From: Desulfotomaculum sp.
GTDB lineage: Bacteria; Bacillota; Desulfotomaculia; Desulfotomaculales; Desulfohalotomaculaceae
Assembly (NCBI GenBank): GCA_021129825.1
Contig: JAJOKO010000108.1
Span: 1 to 46,331, forward strand
DNA: 46,331 nucleotides
Direction: 5' to 3'
The translations under genes were made by a program, and so were the position numbers. The notes beneath the pieces were generated by a model. It searched no databases. It was not told the origin of the DNA and saw nothing but the letters and a program-made list of their open reading frames with translations. Shown here piece by piece: positions 26,663 through 36,685 of this stretch (position 1 is its first letter; the number at the start of each line of letters is the position of its first letter).

Positions 26663-28828
26663 TTACTGCTCACTATTTAATTTGTGCCCGCATTGTTCAT
26701 TGATACACTTCAATGTTTTTTTATTACGGGTATTTTTTTGCACTATTAAACCGGCACATTGCGGGCATTTTTCTTTTACCGGCTGATCCCAAATCACAAA
26801 ATCGCAATCAGGATAGTTACTACATCCGTAAAACTTTCGACCTTTTTTACTGCGTCGCGCTACTAAATCTCCACTACACCGGGGACAAGTAACCCCGGTG
26901 GGTTCTAACAAGGGCTTTGTAAAATGACAGTCTGGAAAACCGGGACAAGCTAAAAATTTTCCATAGCGACCAAATTTAATTACTAAATTCCGTTCACACT
27001 GTTCACAAATTTCTTCTGTAACTTCATCGGCAATTTCAATATTACCAATAGCTTCTTCGGCTATTTTAAGTGTTTTATCAAACGGGTCGTAAAATTCCTT
27101 TAATATTTTAACCCAATCTATCCCACCACCTTCTATTTCATCTAATCTTTCTTCTATTTCAGCCGTAAATTCAATATTAATAATATTTGAAAAATGTTCT
27201 TTTAATAAATTGACTACTACTACCCCTAATTCAGTAGGGAAAAATTGTTTGTTTTCCCGCGCTACATAACCCCGTTTTTGAATAGTATCCACAATGGGAG
27301 CATAGGTGCTAGGACGCCCAATACCGTTTGTTTCCAGTGCTTTAATCAGCGTAGCATCTGTGTAACGTGGCGGTGGTTGGGTAAAATGTTGTTTGGGTTC
27401 CAATATTTTTAATTTTAACCGGTCACCTTCGTTAAATTGCGGCAATATTTTATTACTTGTATTTTGCTCGCCGCCCTCTTCTGAATCACTATCCTCAACA
27501 TATACTTTCATAAAACCATAAAATTTAATAATTGAGCCGGTAGCTCTAAACATACATTTACCAGCAATAATATCTAAAGTAGTAGTATCCATTATTGCCG
27601 GGGCCATTTGACTAGCCACGAAACGTGACCAAATTAGCTTATATAATTTAAATTGTTCTCTACTTAGATATTGCTTGATAGCTTCTGGCTCTAAGTTAAC
27701 ATAAGTCGGCCTAATCGCTTCATGAGCATCCTGCACTTTTTTGTTCTCGGTTTTTTTAGTGGTTTTAGCAGCCTGCTTGCTTGAAGCTACTAAATATTGG
27801 TCACCAAAACGCTCTTGAATTAACTGTTGGACCTCTTGTTTAGCAGTTTCTGATACTCGTTTGGAATCAGTACGAATATAAGTAATTAACCCCATAGCAC
27901 CTTTTTTACCCAACTCTAAACCTTCATAAAGTTGCTGGGCTACTATCATGGTTTTACGAGCCGCAAAATTAATTTTTTGATACGCTGCCTGTTGTAATGA
28001 ACTGGTAGTGAAAGGCAGCGCCGGATGACGCAATTTTTCTTTGCGGGTAATTTTGTCCAGTGTGAATTCCACATCTTTAAGTTCAGCCAATACTTGGTCC
28101 ATAGCGGCTTTGTTTTTTATATCAATTTTTTTATTATGATATTTCATTAACTTAGTATCAAAAGTACTATCATCAACCACATCTTCGGCAAGGTTATCTT
28201 GATCAGGAACAGTAAACAGCCTTGCTATTAGTGACCAGTATTCTTCGGGCACAAAATCACTTATTGCTTCTTCCCGGTCGACTACTATTCGCACAGCAAC
28301 AGATTGTACTCTGCCAGCAGAAAGCCCTTTTTTGACCTTACGCCATAATAACGGGCTAAGACTATAGCCTACCAAGCGATCTAATATCCGCCGGGCTTGT
28401 TGGGCATTTACTAAATTGTAATTAATTAAACGGGGTTGCTTTACTGCTTCTTTAATAGCATTTTTGGTAATCTCATTAAATTCAATCCGACAAGGTGTAG
28501 ATTCATCAATACCCAAGATATGCTGCAAATGCCAGGCGATCGCTTCACCTTCACGATCCGGATCAGCAGCCAGTAAAATCCGGTCTGTTTTTTTAATTGC
28601 TGATTTTAATTCTTTAATCACTTTACCTTTGCCCCGGATCGTAATATATTTAGGAGCAAAATCATTTTCCACGTCAACACCCAGCCGGCTTTTAGGTAAA
28701 TCCCTGACGTGACCAATAGAGGCTTTTACAGTATAGTTTTTACCCAAGAATTTACCAATACTCTTAGCTTTAGCCGGAGACTCTACAATCACTACCGTTT
28801 TCGTTTTTTTTGTCAATTCACAGTACAC
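26663..28828 (-). CDS. topA: DNA topoisomerase I
   Basis: Toprim VIVESPAKAKSIGKFLG, active-site Tyr region TYIRTDS, and three C-terminal Cys4 zinc ribbons. A TTG at 28816 is a plausible alternative start. Confidence 0.95.
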   Translation of the reverse strand: MYCELTKKTKTVVIVESPAKAKSIGKFLGKNYTVKASIGHVRDLPKSRLGVDVENDFAPKYITIRGKGKVIKELKSAIKKTDRILLAADPDREGEAIAWHLQHILGIDESTPCRIEFNEITKNAIKEAVKQPRLINYNLVNAQQARRILDRLVGYSLSPLLWRKVKKGLSAGRVQSVAVRIVVDREEAISDFVPEEYWSLIARLFTVPDQDNLAEDVVDDSTFDTKLMKYHNKKIDIKNKAAMDQVLAELKDVEFTLDKITRKEKLRHPALPFTTSSLQQAAYQKINFAARKTMIVAQQLYEGLELGKKGAMGLITYIRTDSKRVSETAKQEVQQLIQERFGDQYLVASSKQAAKTTKKTENKKVQDAHEAIRPTYVNLEPEAIKQYLSREQFKLYKLIWSRFVASQMAPAIMDTTTLDIIAGKCMFRATGSIIKFYGFMKVYVEDSDSEEGGEQNTSNKILPQFNEGDRLKLKILEPKQHFTQPPPRYTDATLIKALETNGIGRPSTYAPIVDTIQKRGYVARENKQFFPTELGVVVVNLLKEHFSNIINIEFTAEIEERLDEIEGGGIDWVKILKEFYDPFDKTLKIAEEAIGNIEIADEVTEEICEQCERNLVIKFGRYGKFLACPGFPDCHFTKPLLEPTGVTCPRCSGDLVARRSKKGRKFYGCSNYPDCDFVIWDQPVKEKCPQCAGLIVQKNTRNKKTLKCINEQCGHKLNSEQ

Positions 28829-28851
28829 TCCTATAAAGCAGTTTTATTAAC

Positions 28852-29045
28852 AGTACGTGTTCGGAGTTTAGCGGATAGGTGACACACCTGTTTCACAGGA
28901 ATGTCCCCATCAATCTATAGACCCAAGAAGTTCAAGGCGACTTTGTAATGGTGGCGTGAAGCGTATAAATAATACGTAAGCGTCGCTATTACAAAGTTAA
29001 CGCAGAAATTCGCTGGGTATTTCGCACGGACTTTTCGAACATCCT
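28852..29045 (+). mobile_element. Degenerate composite element in the dprA-topA spacer
   Basis: Order: decayed A-type left end (AGTACGTGTTCGGAG), an inverted family C mini-hairpin (28878-28912), a 17-bp-stem hairpin core (28939-28997), then a decayed A-type right end (CTTTTCGAACATCC). Confidence 0.65.
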
Positions 29046-30167
29046 CTAACGCTTAGATTTTACTGCTGCATACATCCTACCGGGCATTTTCTTGATTAAG
29101 CCCTTAATTTCCAGAAACATTAAAGCGGCTATCACTTCCTGGGAAGGAGAGTTTATTTTTAGTAATAACGCTTCTAAATGTTGCGGATTAACAGCTAATT
29201 CTTCCCAAACTGTTTGTTCAGTAATACTTAATTTGGGTTTTGGCGAGGCAATAACTTCTTGATCGTCAAACAATGTTTTTACTCTCTGTTCTTCTAAACC
29301 CAATTCTTCTAAAACATCTGCTACGCCGGTAACTGGTTTTGCTCCTTGCTTTAATAATTTTAACGGTCCCTTACTCATATCGCTATAGATATCACCCGGT
29401 ACAACCATCACATCCCGATCTTGTTCTAAAGCAAAATCTGCTGTAATCAGTGCACCACTTTTAGGTCCTGCTTCTACCACGATAGTCAGTTGGGAAAGAC
29501 CACTAATAATCCGATTTCGTGCCGGAAAATGCCACGCTTCTGGCGGTGAACCCAGCGGAAATTCAGTAATAACAGCACCTTTTTGAACAATTTCAGCTAA
29601 CAGTTTAGAATTTTCAGGCGGATAAACCACATCTGCACCGCACCCCAACACTGCTACTGTAAAACCCTTATGGCTACTCAGCACCCCGCGATGAGCAATA
29701 GTATCTATCCCCCTGGCCATACCACTAACTACACTAACCCCGTGCTCAGCGAGTTCACTGGCTAACCGGCGGGCAACAGTGCGACCATAGTCAGTAGGTT
29801 TGCGTGAACCGACCATGGCTACAGTATGATTATAGTCTAGTTGTTTAAGACTACCTCTCACAAATAGTACTAGCGGCGGATCAAAAATTTGTTTTAAAGG
29901 TGGTGGGTAATCTTGATCAGCATAAGTTATAAAATCTACCTGCTGTTTCTGTAAACGAGCTACCTCTTTTTCTAAATTAATCTTCTGACGCTGCCACATC
30001 AAGCCTTCTACCATTACCGAAGTAATTTTAGGAACTTGCAGTAACTCTGTTTCACTGGCTTGCCAAGCTAGCTCTGGTCCACCAAAATGATCTATGATTT
30101 TCCACACCCGCTTACCAGCACCCGGTAATAATAATTGCCAACCTAGCCAGTAGATTCTGCTATCCAA
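29046..30167 (-). CDS. dprA: DNA processing protein DprA
   Basis: Rossmann-like core with GMARGIDTIAHRG and a C-terminal wHTH-like domain. It lies upstream of topA, as in Bacillus. Confidence 0.9.
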   Translation of the reverse strand: MDSRIYWLGWQLLLPGAGKRVWKIIDHFGGPELAWQASETELLQVPKITSVMVEGLMWQRQKINLEKEVARLQKQQVDFITYADQDYPPPLKQIFDPPLVLFVRGSLKQLDYNHTVAMVGSRKPTDYGRTVARRLASELAEHGVSVVSGMARGIDTIAHRGVLSSHKGFTVAVLGCGADVVYPPENSKLLAEIVQKGAVITEFPLGSPPEAWHFPARNRIISGLSQLTIVVEAGPKSGALITADFALEQDRDVMVVPGDIYSDMSKGPLKLLKQGAKPVTGVADVLEELGLEEQRVKTLFDDQEVIASPKPKLSITEQTVWEELAVNPQHLEALLLKINSPSQEVIAALMFLEIKGLIKKMPGRMYAAVKSKR

Positions 30168-30207
30168 ATGATACCACCTCTAAATTCGCCTTGTGTTAAA
30201 AGTTAAG

Positions 30208-30468
30208 TTAATGGTTATTTTTGATATTGTCATTTTTACTTAAATCAATTTTTTTATCCAACGACACTTCTTTTTTTATACCTACTTCTATATCTTTAGT
30301 TTTATCTTTAACATTTTGCATTGTATCAGATGCTTTGTGAGCCACTTTTCTAAATTCCGATATACCTCTTCCTAAAGATTTGGCTACTTCCGGTAATTTG
30401 CCAGGTCCAAATACTATTAAAGCTACCATTAATATTAGGATTATATCTGAAAAACTAAAGTTAAACAT
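30208..30468 (-). CDS. tatA: Twin-arginine translocase subunit TatA/E
   Basis: MFNFSFSDIILILMVALIVFGPGKLPEVAKSLGRGISEFRK. The internal ATG at 30468 is preferred over the ORF-track start at 30501. Confidence 0.85.
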   Translation of the reverse strand: MFNFSFSDIILILMVALIVFGPGKLPEVAKSLGRGISEFRKVAHKASDTMQNVKDKTKDIEVGIKKEVSLDKKIDLSKNDNIKNNH

Positions 30469-31645
30469 ACTCTCTTTGCTCCTTTTTATTACTTTTTGCA
30501 CACCCTCTATAAGTTGTGATTATTTCTTCATAAGTATTAATTGTTTTAAGGGTACAATTAAGTGCAGATATTTTTTCGGCATTTTCTAGCGCTGCTTGTT
30601 TCATTTTACTATAAAGCAGACTATTATCCAATATCTTTTTGATAGAATCAGCAAATATATTGATATCTAACGAACATAAATAGCCATCTTCCCCGTCAAC
30701 CACCATATCTGAAACCCCGAAAGCATCCACAGCTACCACCGGTAAACCGGCTGCTTTAGCCTCAGCAATTACTAACCCTTGTGTTTCCGTTAAAGATGCA
30801 AATATAAAAATATCTGCCCCGGCATAACTTTTGATGGTATCCGCTTTAGAGAGTAACCCGGTGAATATTATTTGATCTGGCATTGTTTGCAATTTAGCTT
30901 GTGCTTTTATTTTTTTTTCATCCGGTCCGCTACCAACCAGCACAAATACTACCTCCGGGTAATTTTGGATGATAATATTATAAGCGTCCAGCAAAAAACT
31001 AATATTTTTTTCTTGACCTAATCTACCTACAAAAAGTAATATTTTTTTATTTTCCGGTATGTTAAAATTGGCTTTTAACCAAGTCTGATCTGCTTTTTTA
31101 AATTCCTCAATATGAATACCGGTAGGGATAATGCTTATCGGTACCTTAACCCCAGTTTTTTTAAGGTGAGTTGCTATTACCTTTGTAGGCACAATCACCC
31201 GGTCACACCGGTTACAAAAATCTGTGGTCACCTTTCGGACAATTTTTTTGGAAATTTTTTTAATAAAAGGTACATAATGAACAAATTGATCGTAAAGAGT
31301 ATGATATGTAAATACTAACGGCACTCTTAATTTACGGGCATACCTGGCCCCAACTTGTCCCAGTAAAAACGGTGAATGAACGTGAATAATATCTAAATTT
31401 AAGTCTTTTAGTTTAGAATATAAACCCGGTGAAAACGGTACAGCTAAAGAAAACCCTTGATAAGTGGGTGACGGTATTGAAAAAAAACGGTATACACCCG
31501 GTTCTGCTTGGCAATTTGGATAATTAGGAGCAAAAATAAAAACCTCATGACCCAGTGCTGTTAATTCAGTAGTAAAGGTTTCTATAGAGCGTACTACCCC
31601 GCTGGTATAAGGCAGATAACTGTCAGAAAACATCCCAATTTTCAT
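30461..31645 (-). CDS. Family 4 glycosyltransferase (GT-B fold)
   Basis: N-terminal MKIGMFSDSYLPYTSGV and a C-terminal E..G....EA motif (TETQGLVIAEAKAAGLPVV). The ATG at 31645 has SD GGGGAGG. Confidence 0.8.
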   Translation of the reverse strand: MKIGMFSDSYLPYTSGVVRSIETFTTELTALGHEVFIFAPNYPNCQAEPGVYRFFSIPSPTYQGFSLAVPFSPGLYSKLKDLNLDIIHVHSPFLLGQVGARYARKLRVPLVFTYHTLYDQFVHYVPFIKKISKKIVRKVTTDFCNRCDRVIVPTKVIATHLKKTGVKVPISIIPTGIHIEEFKKADQTWLKANFNIPENKKILLFVGRLGQEKNISFLLDAYNIIIQNYPEVVFVLVGSGPDEKKIKAQAKLQTMPDQIIFTGLLSKADTIKSYAGADIFIFASLTETQGLVIAEAKAAGLPVVAVDAFGVSDMVVDGEDGYLCSLDINIFADSIKKILDNSLLYSKMKQAALENAEKISALNCTLKTINTYEEIITTYRGCAKSNKKEQREYV

Positions 31646-31775
31646 CGCTACTAACCTCCCCTTTGAGAAATATTCACTCACTTTGGGTTAGCTTATAAAT
31701 AACTATTTTGATAGTATTTACTTGTTGTATTAGAGATTATACCCTGCTATACCCACAATTTACTATATGCACTAG

Positions 31776-32048
31776 TTAATGCTGGGGATTTTTGTGTACA
31801 ATTTCAATTGCTTTCAGAATTTGAGCAATGACCATTGCTTTACCACCAAGCTGTTCAGCTGAAACTTGTGTGATTATTCTGCCTGTTTCGGTAACGACAT
31901 AATGAGCCGGCAGATTATTTAAAGCAATTGCCATTACATCTTGCCGGCAACGTTCACAAGTACATAAATCTTGGTTAGTTAATTTATATTTATCTAATAT
32001 GCTGTTTAAAGTTTGCAATACAATAGCTTCGGTATAATTATATAACAT
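31776..32048 (-). CDS. ComFB-family protein
   Basis: CTCERCRQDVMAIALNNLPAHYVVTETG matches the ComFB Cys cluster. The ATG at 32048 has an AGGAGG SD at 8 nt. Confidence 0.75.
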   Translation of the reverse strand: MLYNYTEAIVLQTLNSILDKYKLTNQDLCTCERCRQDVMAIALNNLPAHYVVTETGRIITQVSAEQLGGKAMVIAQILKAIEIVHKNPQH

Positions 32049-32082
32049 TGTCAAATACCTCCTTGCCCATTTTATAACCATA

Positions 32083-32115
32083 AGAGCAGGGGTTTGAAAG
32101 TCAAGCCCCTGCTCT
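32083..32115 (-). other. GC-rich stem-loop between UPF0182 and comFB
   Basis: AGAGCAGGGG ... CCCCTGCTCT, a 10-bp stem with a 13-nt loop. There is no clean U-tract, so the function is uncertain. Confidence 0.5.
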
Positions 32116-32136
32116 ACCGGCTAGCAATTACTAAAT

Positions 32137-34911
32137 TTACTCAGCTTGCTGATCCAGTTGGTCCAATACTCGCTCTAACCTATTTTGAGCATCACCAAAA
32201 CCGGCCCAATCCCCCTCTCGCAGTCTACTTTGTGCTTCATCATGCAACTGTACTGCTCGCCTGATTAACTCACTTATCGCTAGCACTTCTTGCTGATCTA
32301 ATTCTTCGATTTCTTCACCTGGTAAGGCTATATCGTCAGCTACACCCACTTGACCGCCAAACAAACGTTGCAAGGCTTTATCCAGTGTTGGTTCCATTAC
32401 TACAGCGTCTCCGTGACTAACAATCACCCGGCGCAGTTCAGGCAAACCACCGGCATCGGCTTGCAAATACAGTGGTTCAACATAAATGATGCCATCATTC
32501 ACCGGAATAACCAGCAAATTACCTCTGGTAACGCTAGAACCGGCCGCATCCCACAATGTTATTTGTTCTGATATATAGCCATCTTGGTTAATACGGGCCT
32601 CTACTTGCATTGGTCCAAATACTAATTCGCCGGCCGGGAATTTATATACAAACAAGCGACCATAATGTTCGCCGTCAGAACGTCCGACCATCCAAGCAAC
32701 CATATTATCACGACCTACCGGCGTGAAAGGTATAATTTGGACAAATTCCGGTCCTGTACCATCCGGCAATTCCAGCACCGTATAGAAAGATCCCATGCGG
32801 ACTGTGTCTTCCATAAATATTTCAGTAGGTAATTCCCAGCGATCTTCTTTATTATAAAACTTTAAAGGATCCCGCATATGATAATCAATAAACATTTGCG
32901 CTTGGATATTAAATAAATCTATTGGATAACGAATATGCGCTTGTAATCCAGTTGGCATCTCGTCTAAATCCTTGAACAGCGCCGGGAAAATTTTGCTGAA
33001 TGATTGAATCAGCGGGTCTTCCGGATCTGAAATATAGAAGTTTACTTCCCCGCTATAAGCACTAATTACTACTTTGACTGAATTTCTAATATAATTTAAA
33101 TCTCCTAAAAACGGTTCAGAATACGGAAACATGTTAGTGGTAGTATAAGCATCCCAAATCCAGTATAATCCACCTTCATGGACTACAATATAAGGATCAT
33201 TGTCATACATTAAAAACGGGGCAATTTTTGGTACTCGTTCGTGAATATTACGATGTAACAACACCCGGCTTTCAGCATGGATATCGTCAGACAGCATTAA
33301 GCGGTAATCTGACAAAGCATAAGCCAGAATAGCCCGGTTGAAAAAACCACCTAGTTCAATACCGACATTCGCCGTGTGCCGGGTAAATACGTTTTCATCC
33401 CCTAACGGAAAATTAAACTCGTCCGTGTGGGTATTTACAAATACATGTTGATTGGTTATTTCGCCAAAATATATTTCCGGGCGATCTATTGGTATTTCCT
33501 CTACACCTACAGGTGGGATATCTTTAATAAAAAACTTTGGTAACCCTACTGCAGTAGCTTCATTAACCGGACTCATCGCTACACCAAAACCATGCGTATA
33601 AATTAAGCGCTGGTTAACCCAGGTCTGTGCTTGGGGAGCAAAATTATCTATATTCATTTCTCGCGCTGCCAGCATTACTTGGCGTAATTGACCATCGATG
33701 ATATAGCGATCTATATCTATGTCAACAAAGTCATAATACAAACGCATCTCTTGTAATTGAGCATAAGTTTGCTTCAATGGTATCGCATCCCACACCCGGA
33801 TATTATCAATAGTAGCCCTGTTTTCTTGAATATCTTGGGCCGTTAATTCTACCCTAGCCGGAAAAGAAGCAGTTTCGATTTCATCTAAATTATATGCTTT
33901 ACGGGTGAACTCAATATTGTGAGTAATATAGGGTTTTTCCATATTAAATTGATTAGGTACTACTATAAAACGTTCTACAAAAGCAGGTGCCAGACCGTTT
34001 AAAATAATAGCGGTTACTAGTAAACCGACCACACTGTACATTACCCAGTTAAAGCGCCGCAAGAAAATATTCACCAAAATAATCCCTGCTGTAAGCACGG
34101 ACAAGGCTGCTAAAACTTTTAATGCCAGCAGAGTAACATGTACATCGGTATAACCGGCACCATGAACCACGCCAGTACTGTTAAACAGTAAATCAAATTG
34201 ACTTAAATAAAAATCTACCGCTTTAACAATAAAGAATACTGCTGCTAAAACCGATAAATGCAAACGTGATTGTGTCGATTTCAGTAGTTTAATCTGCCCA
34301 TTATTGGTTAATGCTTCTGAAACAGTATAAAGCACACCTACTGCTAAAGCAGTTACTATAATTGACCAAGATAGAAAAGCCAATATAAATTGGTAAAAAG
34401 GTAGTTGGAAAACATAAAAACCAATATCTTTAGCGAAAATAGGATCTGTAATGCCAAAATAGACACCATTCAAAAACTTTTGTAAGATGATCCAATCTCC
34501 ACTAAAAGCACCACTGGTCATGAAAGCCAATACCGCACTGACTACCAAAAATACTATTAACAGAGCACGTTTGGTTATTAATTTTATCCATTGCTCAAAT
34601 TGCTCCAATGGTGGTCGCATTTCTATTACATTTTCATCAAATGACGGTCGTGGTCTGGATTTAAACTCATGTACTTTTTTCAAAATAAACTGTCTTGTAA
34701 ACAACAAGTTAAACAATATAAAAGCAAAAAACAACACCCCAACAGCGATCCGCAAACCCATTTCACTTAATAAAATGGTTAAAAAAACGGATTGATACCC
34801 CAAATTACTAAACCAAAGCCAATCTGTATATAAACTGGCAAGACCAAATGAAGTAGTAAATATTAAAAAAGCTACAGCCGCTAATATAAAAAGTAAATAC
34901 TTGTTACGCAA
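32137..34911 (-). CDS. UPF0182-family large membrane protein
   Basis: 924 aa. About 7 N-terminal TM helices (LYTDWLWFSNLGY) and a large extracytoplasmic domain. TTG start with SD GGAGGTG. Confidence 0.85.
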   Translation of the reverse strand: MRNKYLLFILAAVAFLIFTTSFGLASLYTDWLWFSNLGYQSVFLTILLSEMGLRIAVGVLFFAFILFNLLFTRQFILKKVHEFKSRPRPSFDENVIEMRPPLEQFEQWIKLITKRALLIVFLVVSAVLAFMTSGAFSGDWIILQKFLNGVYFGITDPIFAKDIGFYVFQLPFYQFILAFLSWSIIVTALAVGVLYTVSEALTNNGQIKLLKSTQSRLHLSVLAAVFFIVKAVDFYLSQFDLLFNSTGVVHGAGYTDVHVTLLALKVLAALSVLTAGIILVNIFLRRFNWVMYSVVGLLVTAIILNGLAPAFVERFIVVPNQFNMEKPYITHNIEFTRKAYNLDEIETASFPARVELTAQDIQENRATIDNIRVWDAIPLKQTYAQLQEMRLYYDFVDIDIDRYIIDGQLRQVMLAAREMNIDNFAPQAQTWVNQRLIYTHGFGVAMSPVNEATAVGLPKFFIKDIPPVGVEEIPIDRPEIYFGEITNQHVFVNTHTDEFNFPLGDENVFTRHTANVGIELGGFFNRAILAYALSDYRLMLSDDIHAESRVLLHRNIHERVPKIAPFLMYDNDPYIVVHEGGLYWIWDAYTTTNMFPYSEPFLGDLNYIRNSVKVVISAYSGEVNFYISDPEDPLIQSFSKIFPALFKDLDEMPTGLQAHIRYPIDLFNIQAQMFIDYHMRDPLKFYNKEDRWELPTEIFMEDTVRMGSFYTVLELPDGTGPEFVQIIPFTPVGRDNMVAWMVGRSDGEHYGRLFVYKFPAGELVFGPMQVEARINQDGYISEQITLWDAAGSSVTRGNLLVIPVNDGIIYVEPLYLQADAGGLPELRRVIVSHGDAVVMEPTLDKALQRLFGGQVGVADDIALPGEEIEELDQQEVLAISELIRRAVQLHDEAQSRLREGDWAGFGDAQNRLERVLDQLDQQAE

Positions 34912-34928
34912 AAAAACACCTCCGAAAA

Positions 34929-34975
34929 TATTTTAACTTATTTTAACTAATGTAAGCTTATTTTAACTTAATGTA
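34929..34975. repeat. Three copies of the 10-mer TATTTTAACT, two extended by (T)AATGTA, in the UPF0182 upstream region
   Basis: Copies at 34929-34938, 34939-34948 and 34959-34968, so the spacing is 10 and 20 bp. Confidence 0.8.
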
Positions 34976-35083
34976 GAGATAGACTTTTGTTTTAAACATT
35001 GATGAGACCTCGGGCAAAGTGTTATTAAATTTTTAAATCTTTTCTTCAATCTTATTTTCACTTCTTTAAAACTGAAAAGGAAT

Positions 35084-35266
35084 TTAAATTGATTTTCTAG
35101 GTTTTTGAATGCCATCAGCTTCCTTTCTTAATTTAGCTTCACACAACTGGCAAAACAATGTAGATTGTTTTTTAGGCTTGGTAATAAAATCATCCTCCCA
35201 TAAATCATTTGATTTTGAATCTTCAGGTACTATTAATTTAGCACAAATAGTACAGCGCTGAGACAT
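35084..35266 (-). CDS. Small CxxC...CxxC zinc-ribbon protein (possibly YlaI/DUF2197-like)
   Basis: 60 aa from the ATG at 35266, which has SD GGAAGG. Contains CTIC and CQLC pairs. Confidence 0.5.
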   Translation of the reverse strand: MSQRCTICAKLIVPEDSKSNDLWEDDFITKPKKQSTLFCQLCEAKLRKEADGIQKPRKSI

Positions 35267-35380
35267 AATAATCAACCTTCCATATATTATATTAAAAAAA
35301 CTCCTGTTATTCAAGTTTTCATTGTTTAAGCCTAATAGGACATGTTCTATATTAAATTTATTTTTCCTGCTAAAATAATT

Positions 35381-36328
35381 TTATAAATTTTTATCTAGGG
35401 CTGATTTAACCAATAAATCTACTAAATCCGGGAATTCAATACCGGCTGCTCTCGCTGAATCAGGTACTAAACTGGTCTCAGTCATGCCGGGTAATGTGTT
35501 TATTTCTAATACATAAGCTTTGCCTTTAGTGGTTACTATTAGGTCAACCCGGCTTAATCCCCTGCATCCCACAGCAGAATAGGTGCGTAGTGCTAAATCA
35601 GCAGTAGTTTTTAGATACTCGTCAGGTAATCTGGGTGGTATAATATGTTTACTCATGCCCACAGTATATTTAGCATGATAATCATACACACCGGTAGCGG
35701 ATACAATTTCTATTTGGGGTAAAACTTTTAAAGTATTATTCCCGATGATAGTAACCGTTATTTCAGTACCACTGATAAATTCCTCTACCATTACATTCTG
35801 ATCATATTTAAAGGATTGTGCCAATGCTCTGGGTAGCATTGTTTTATTTTTTACAAATGAAATACCGATGGTAGACCCTTGAGTAGGTGCCTTTATCACT
35901 ACTGGTAATGAAAATTGTGCACTAATTTGGTTACAAATCTCTCCCATCCCTTTTTGAGCTATTATTTGTTGGGTATATGTACAAAAATTAGGGGTCGGAA
36001 TACCGGTAGCTAATAATATTTTTTTAGTAAACACTTTATCCATAGCTATGGCACTGGCTAACACACCTGAACCAGTATAAGGAATATCCAATGTTTCTAA
36101 AAATCCTTGAATAGTACCATCTTCACCATATTTTCCGTGTAAGCCAATAAAAATCAAATCTACTTTATTGCTCTTGATTTGTTCCAGAAAATCAAGAGCT
36201 GCTGTATCAATTTTTATAGCATCATAACCCTTTTGTTTTAACCCCTGGTAAATCGCTTCACCACTTCTTAGCGAAACCGCTCTTTCAGCAGATTTACCAC
36301 CATATAATATTCCAATTTTTAGGGGCAT
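35381..36328 (-). CDS. ddl: D-alanine--D-alanine ligase
   Basis: ILYGGKSAEREVS-like N-terminus, LHGKYGEDGTIQGFLE and an ATP-grasp C-terminus (LEINTLPGMT). Confidence 0.95.
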   Translation of the reverse strand: MPLKIGILYGGKSAERAVSLRSGEAIYQGLKQKGYDAIKIDTAALDFLEQIKSNKVDLIFIGLHGKYGEDGTIQGFLETLDIPYTGSGVLASAIAMDKVFTKKILLATGIPTPNFCTYTQQIIAQKGMGEICNQISAQFSLPVVIKAPTQGSTIGISFVKNKTMLPRALAQSFKYDQNVMVEEFISGTEITVTIIGNNTLKVLPQIEIVSATGVYDYHAKYTVGMSKHIIPPRLPDEYLKTTADLALRTYSAVGCRGLSRVDLIVTTKGKAYVLEINTLPGMTETSLVPDSARAAGIEFPDLVDLLVKSALDKNL

Positions 36329-36425
36329 CTAAACAACTCCTTAACTCTATAATAGTATTATTATAAAAGATGATATCCATATTGTAAAACATTATAGTAA
36401 TTAATATGAATTTATCTTGCAGAAC

Positions 36426-36454
36426 TTGACTAATATAATAAATCAATTTATAAT
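36426..36454 (+). promoter_or_regulatory. Sigma-A type promoter for tRNA-Trp
   Basis: TTGACT, 17-nt spacer, TATAAT. The -10 box ends 31 nt before the tRNA 5' end. Confidence 0.6.
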
Positions 36455-36485
36455 ATTGTTTGTTAATAAAGTAATATATTTTCGT

Positions 36486-36561
36486 GGGGGTGTAGCTCAA
36501 TTGGTAGAGTACCGGTCTCCAAAACCGGGTGTTGCAGGTTCAAGTCCTGTCACCCCTGCCA
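36486..36561 (+). tRNA. trnW: tRNA-Trp (anticodon CCA), encoded 3' CCA
   Basis: A manual cloverleaf fits: acceptor GGGGGTG/CACCCCT, D arm GCTC/GAGT, anticodon stem CCGGT/ACCGG with loop CTCCAAA, T arm GCAGG-TTCAAGT-CCTGT. Confidence 0.9.
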
Positions 36562-36565
36562 CACA

Positions 36566-36608
36566 AAAAACCCGCCAGCCCAGTAGTAATAAGGGTTGAG
36601 CGGGTTTT
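36566..36608 (+). terminator. Terminator after tRNA-Trp
   Basis: AACCCGC...GCGGGTT imperfect extended stem followed by TTTG. Confidence 0.6.
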
Positions 36609-36685
36609 GTTAATGTTTTGTACGGGACGGCTAAAAGCTTGCAAAAATTGTTCCATTTCCCTTTGACGGAATTCCGGGAACCGGC

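Noticed and set aside
30461-30501. 41-nt overlap between the tatA and glycosyltransferase ORFs, considered as a frameshift or fusion
   Set aside because: It is resolved by the internal tatA start at 30468 (MFNFSF…), which matches the canonical TatA N-terminus and leaves an ordinary 8-nt overlap.
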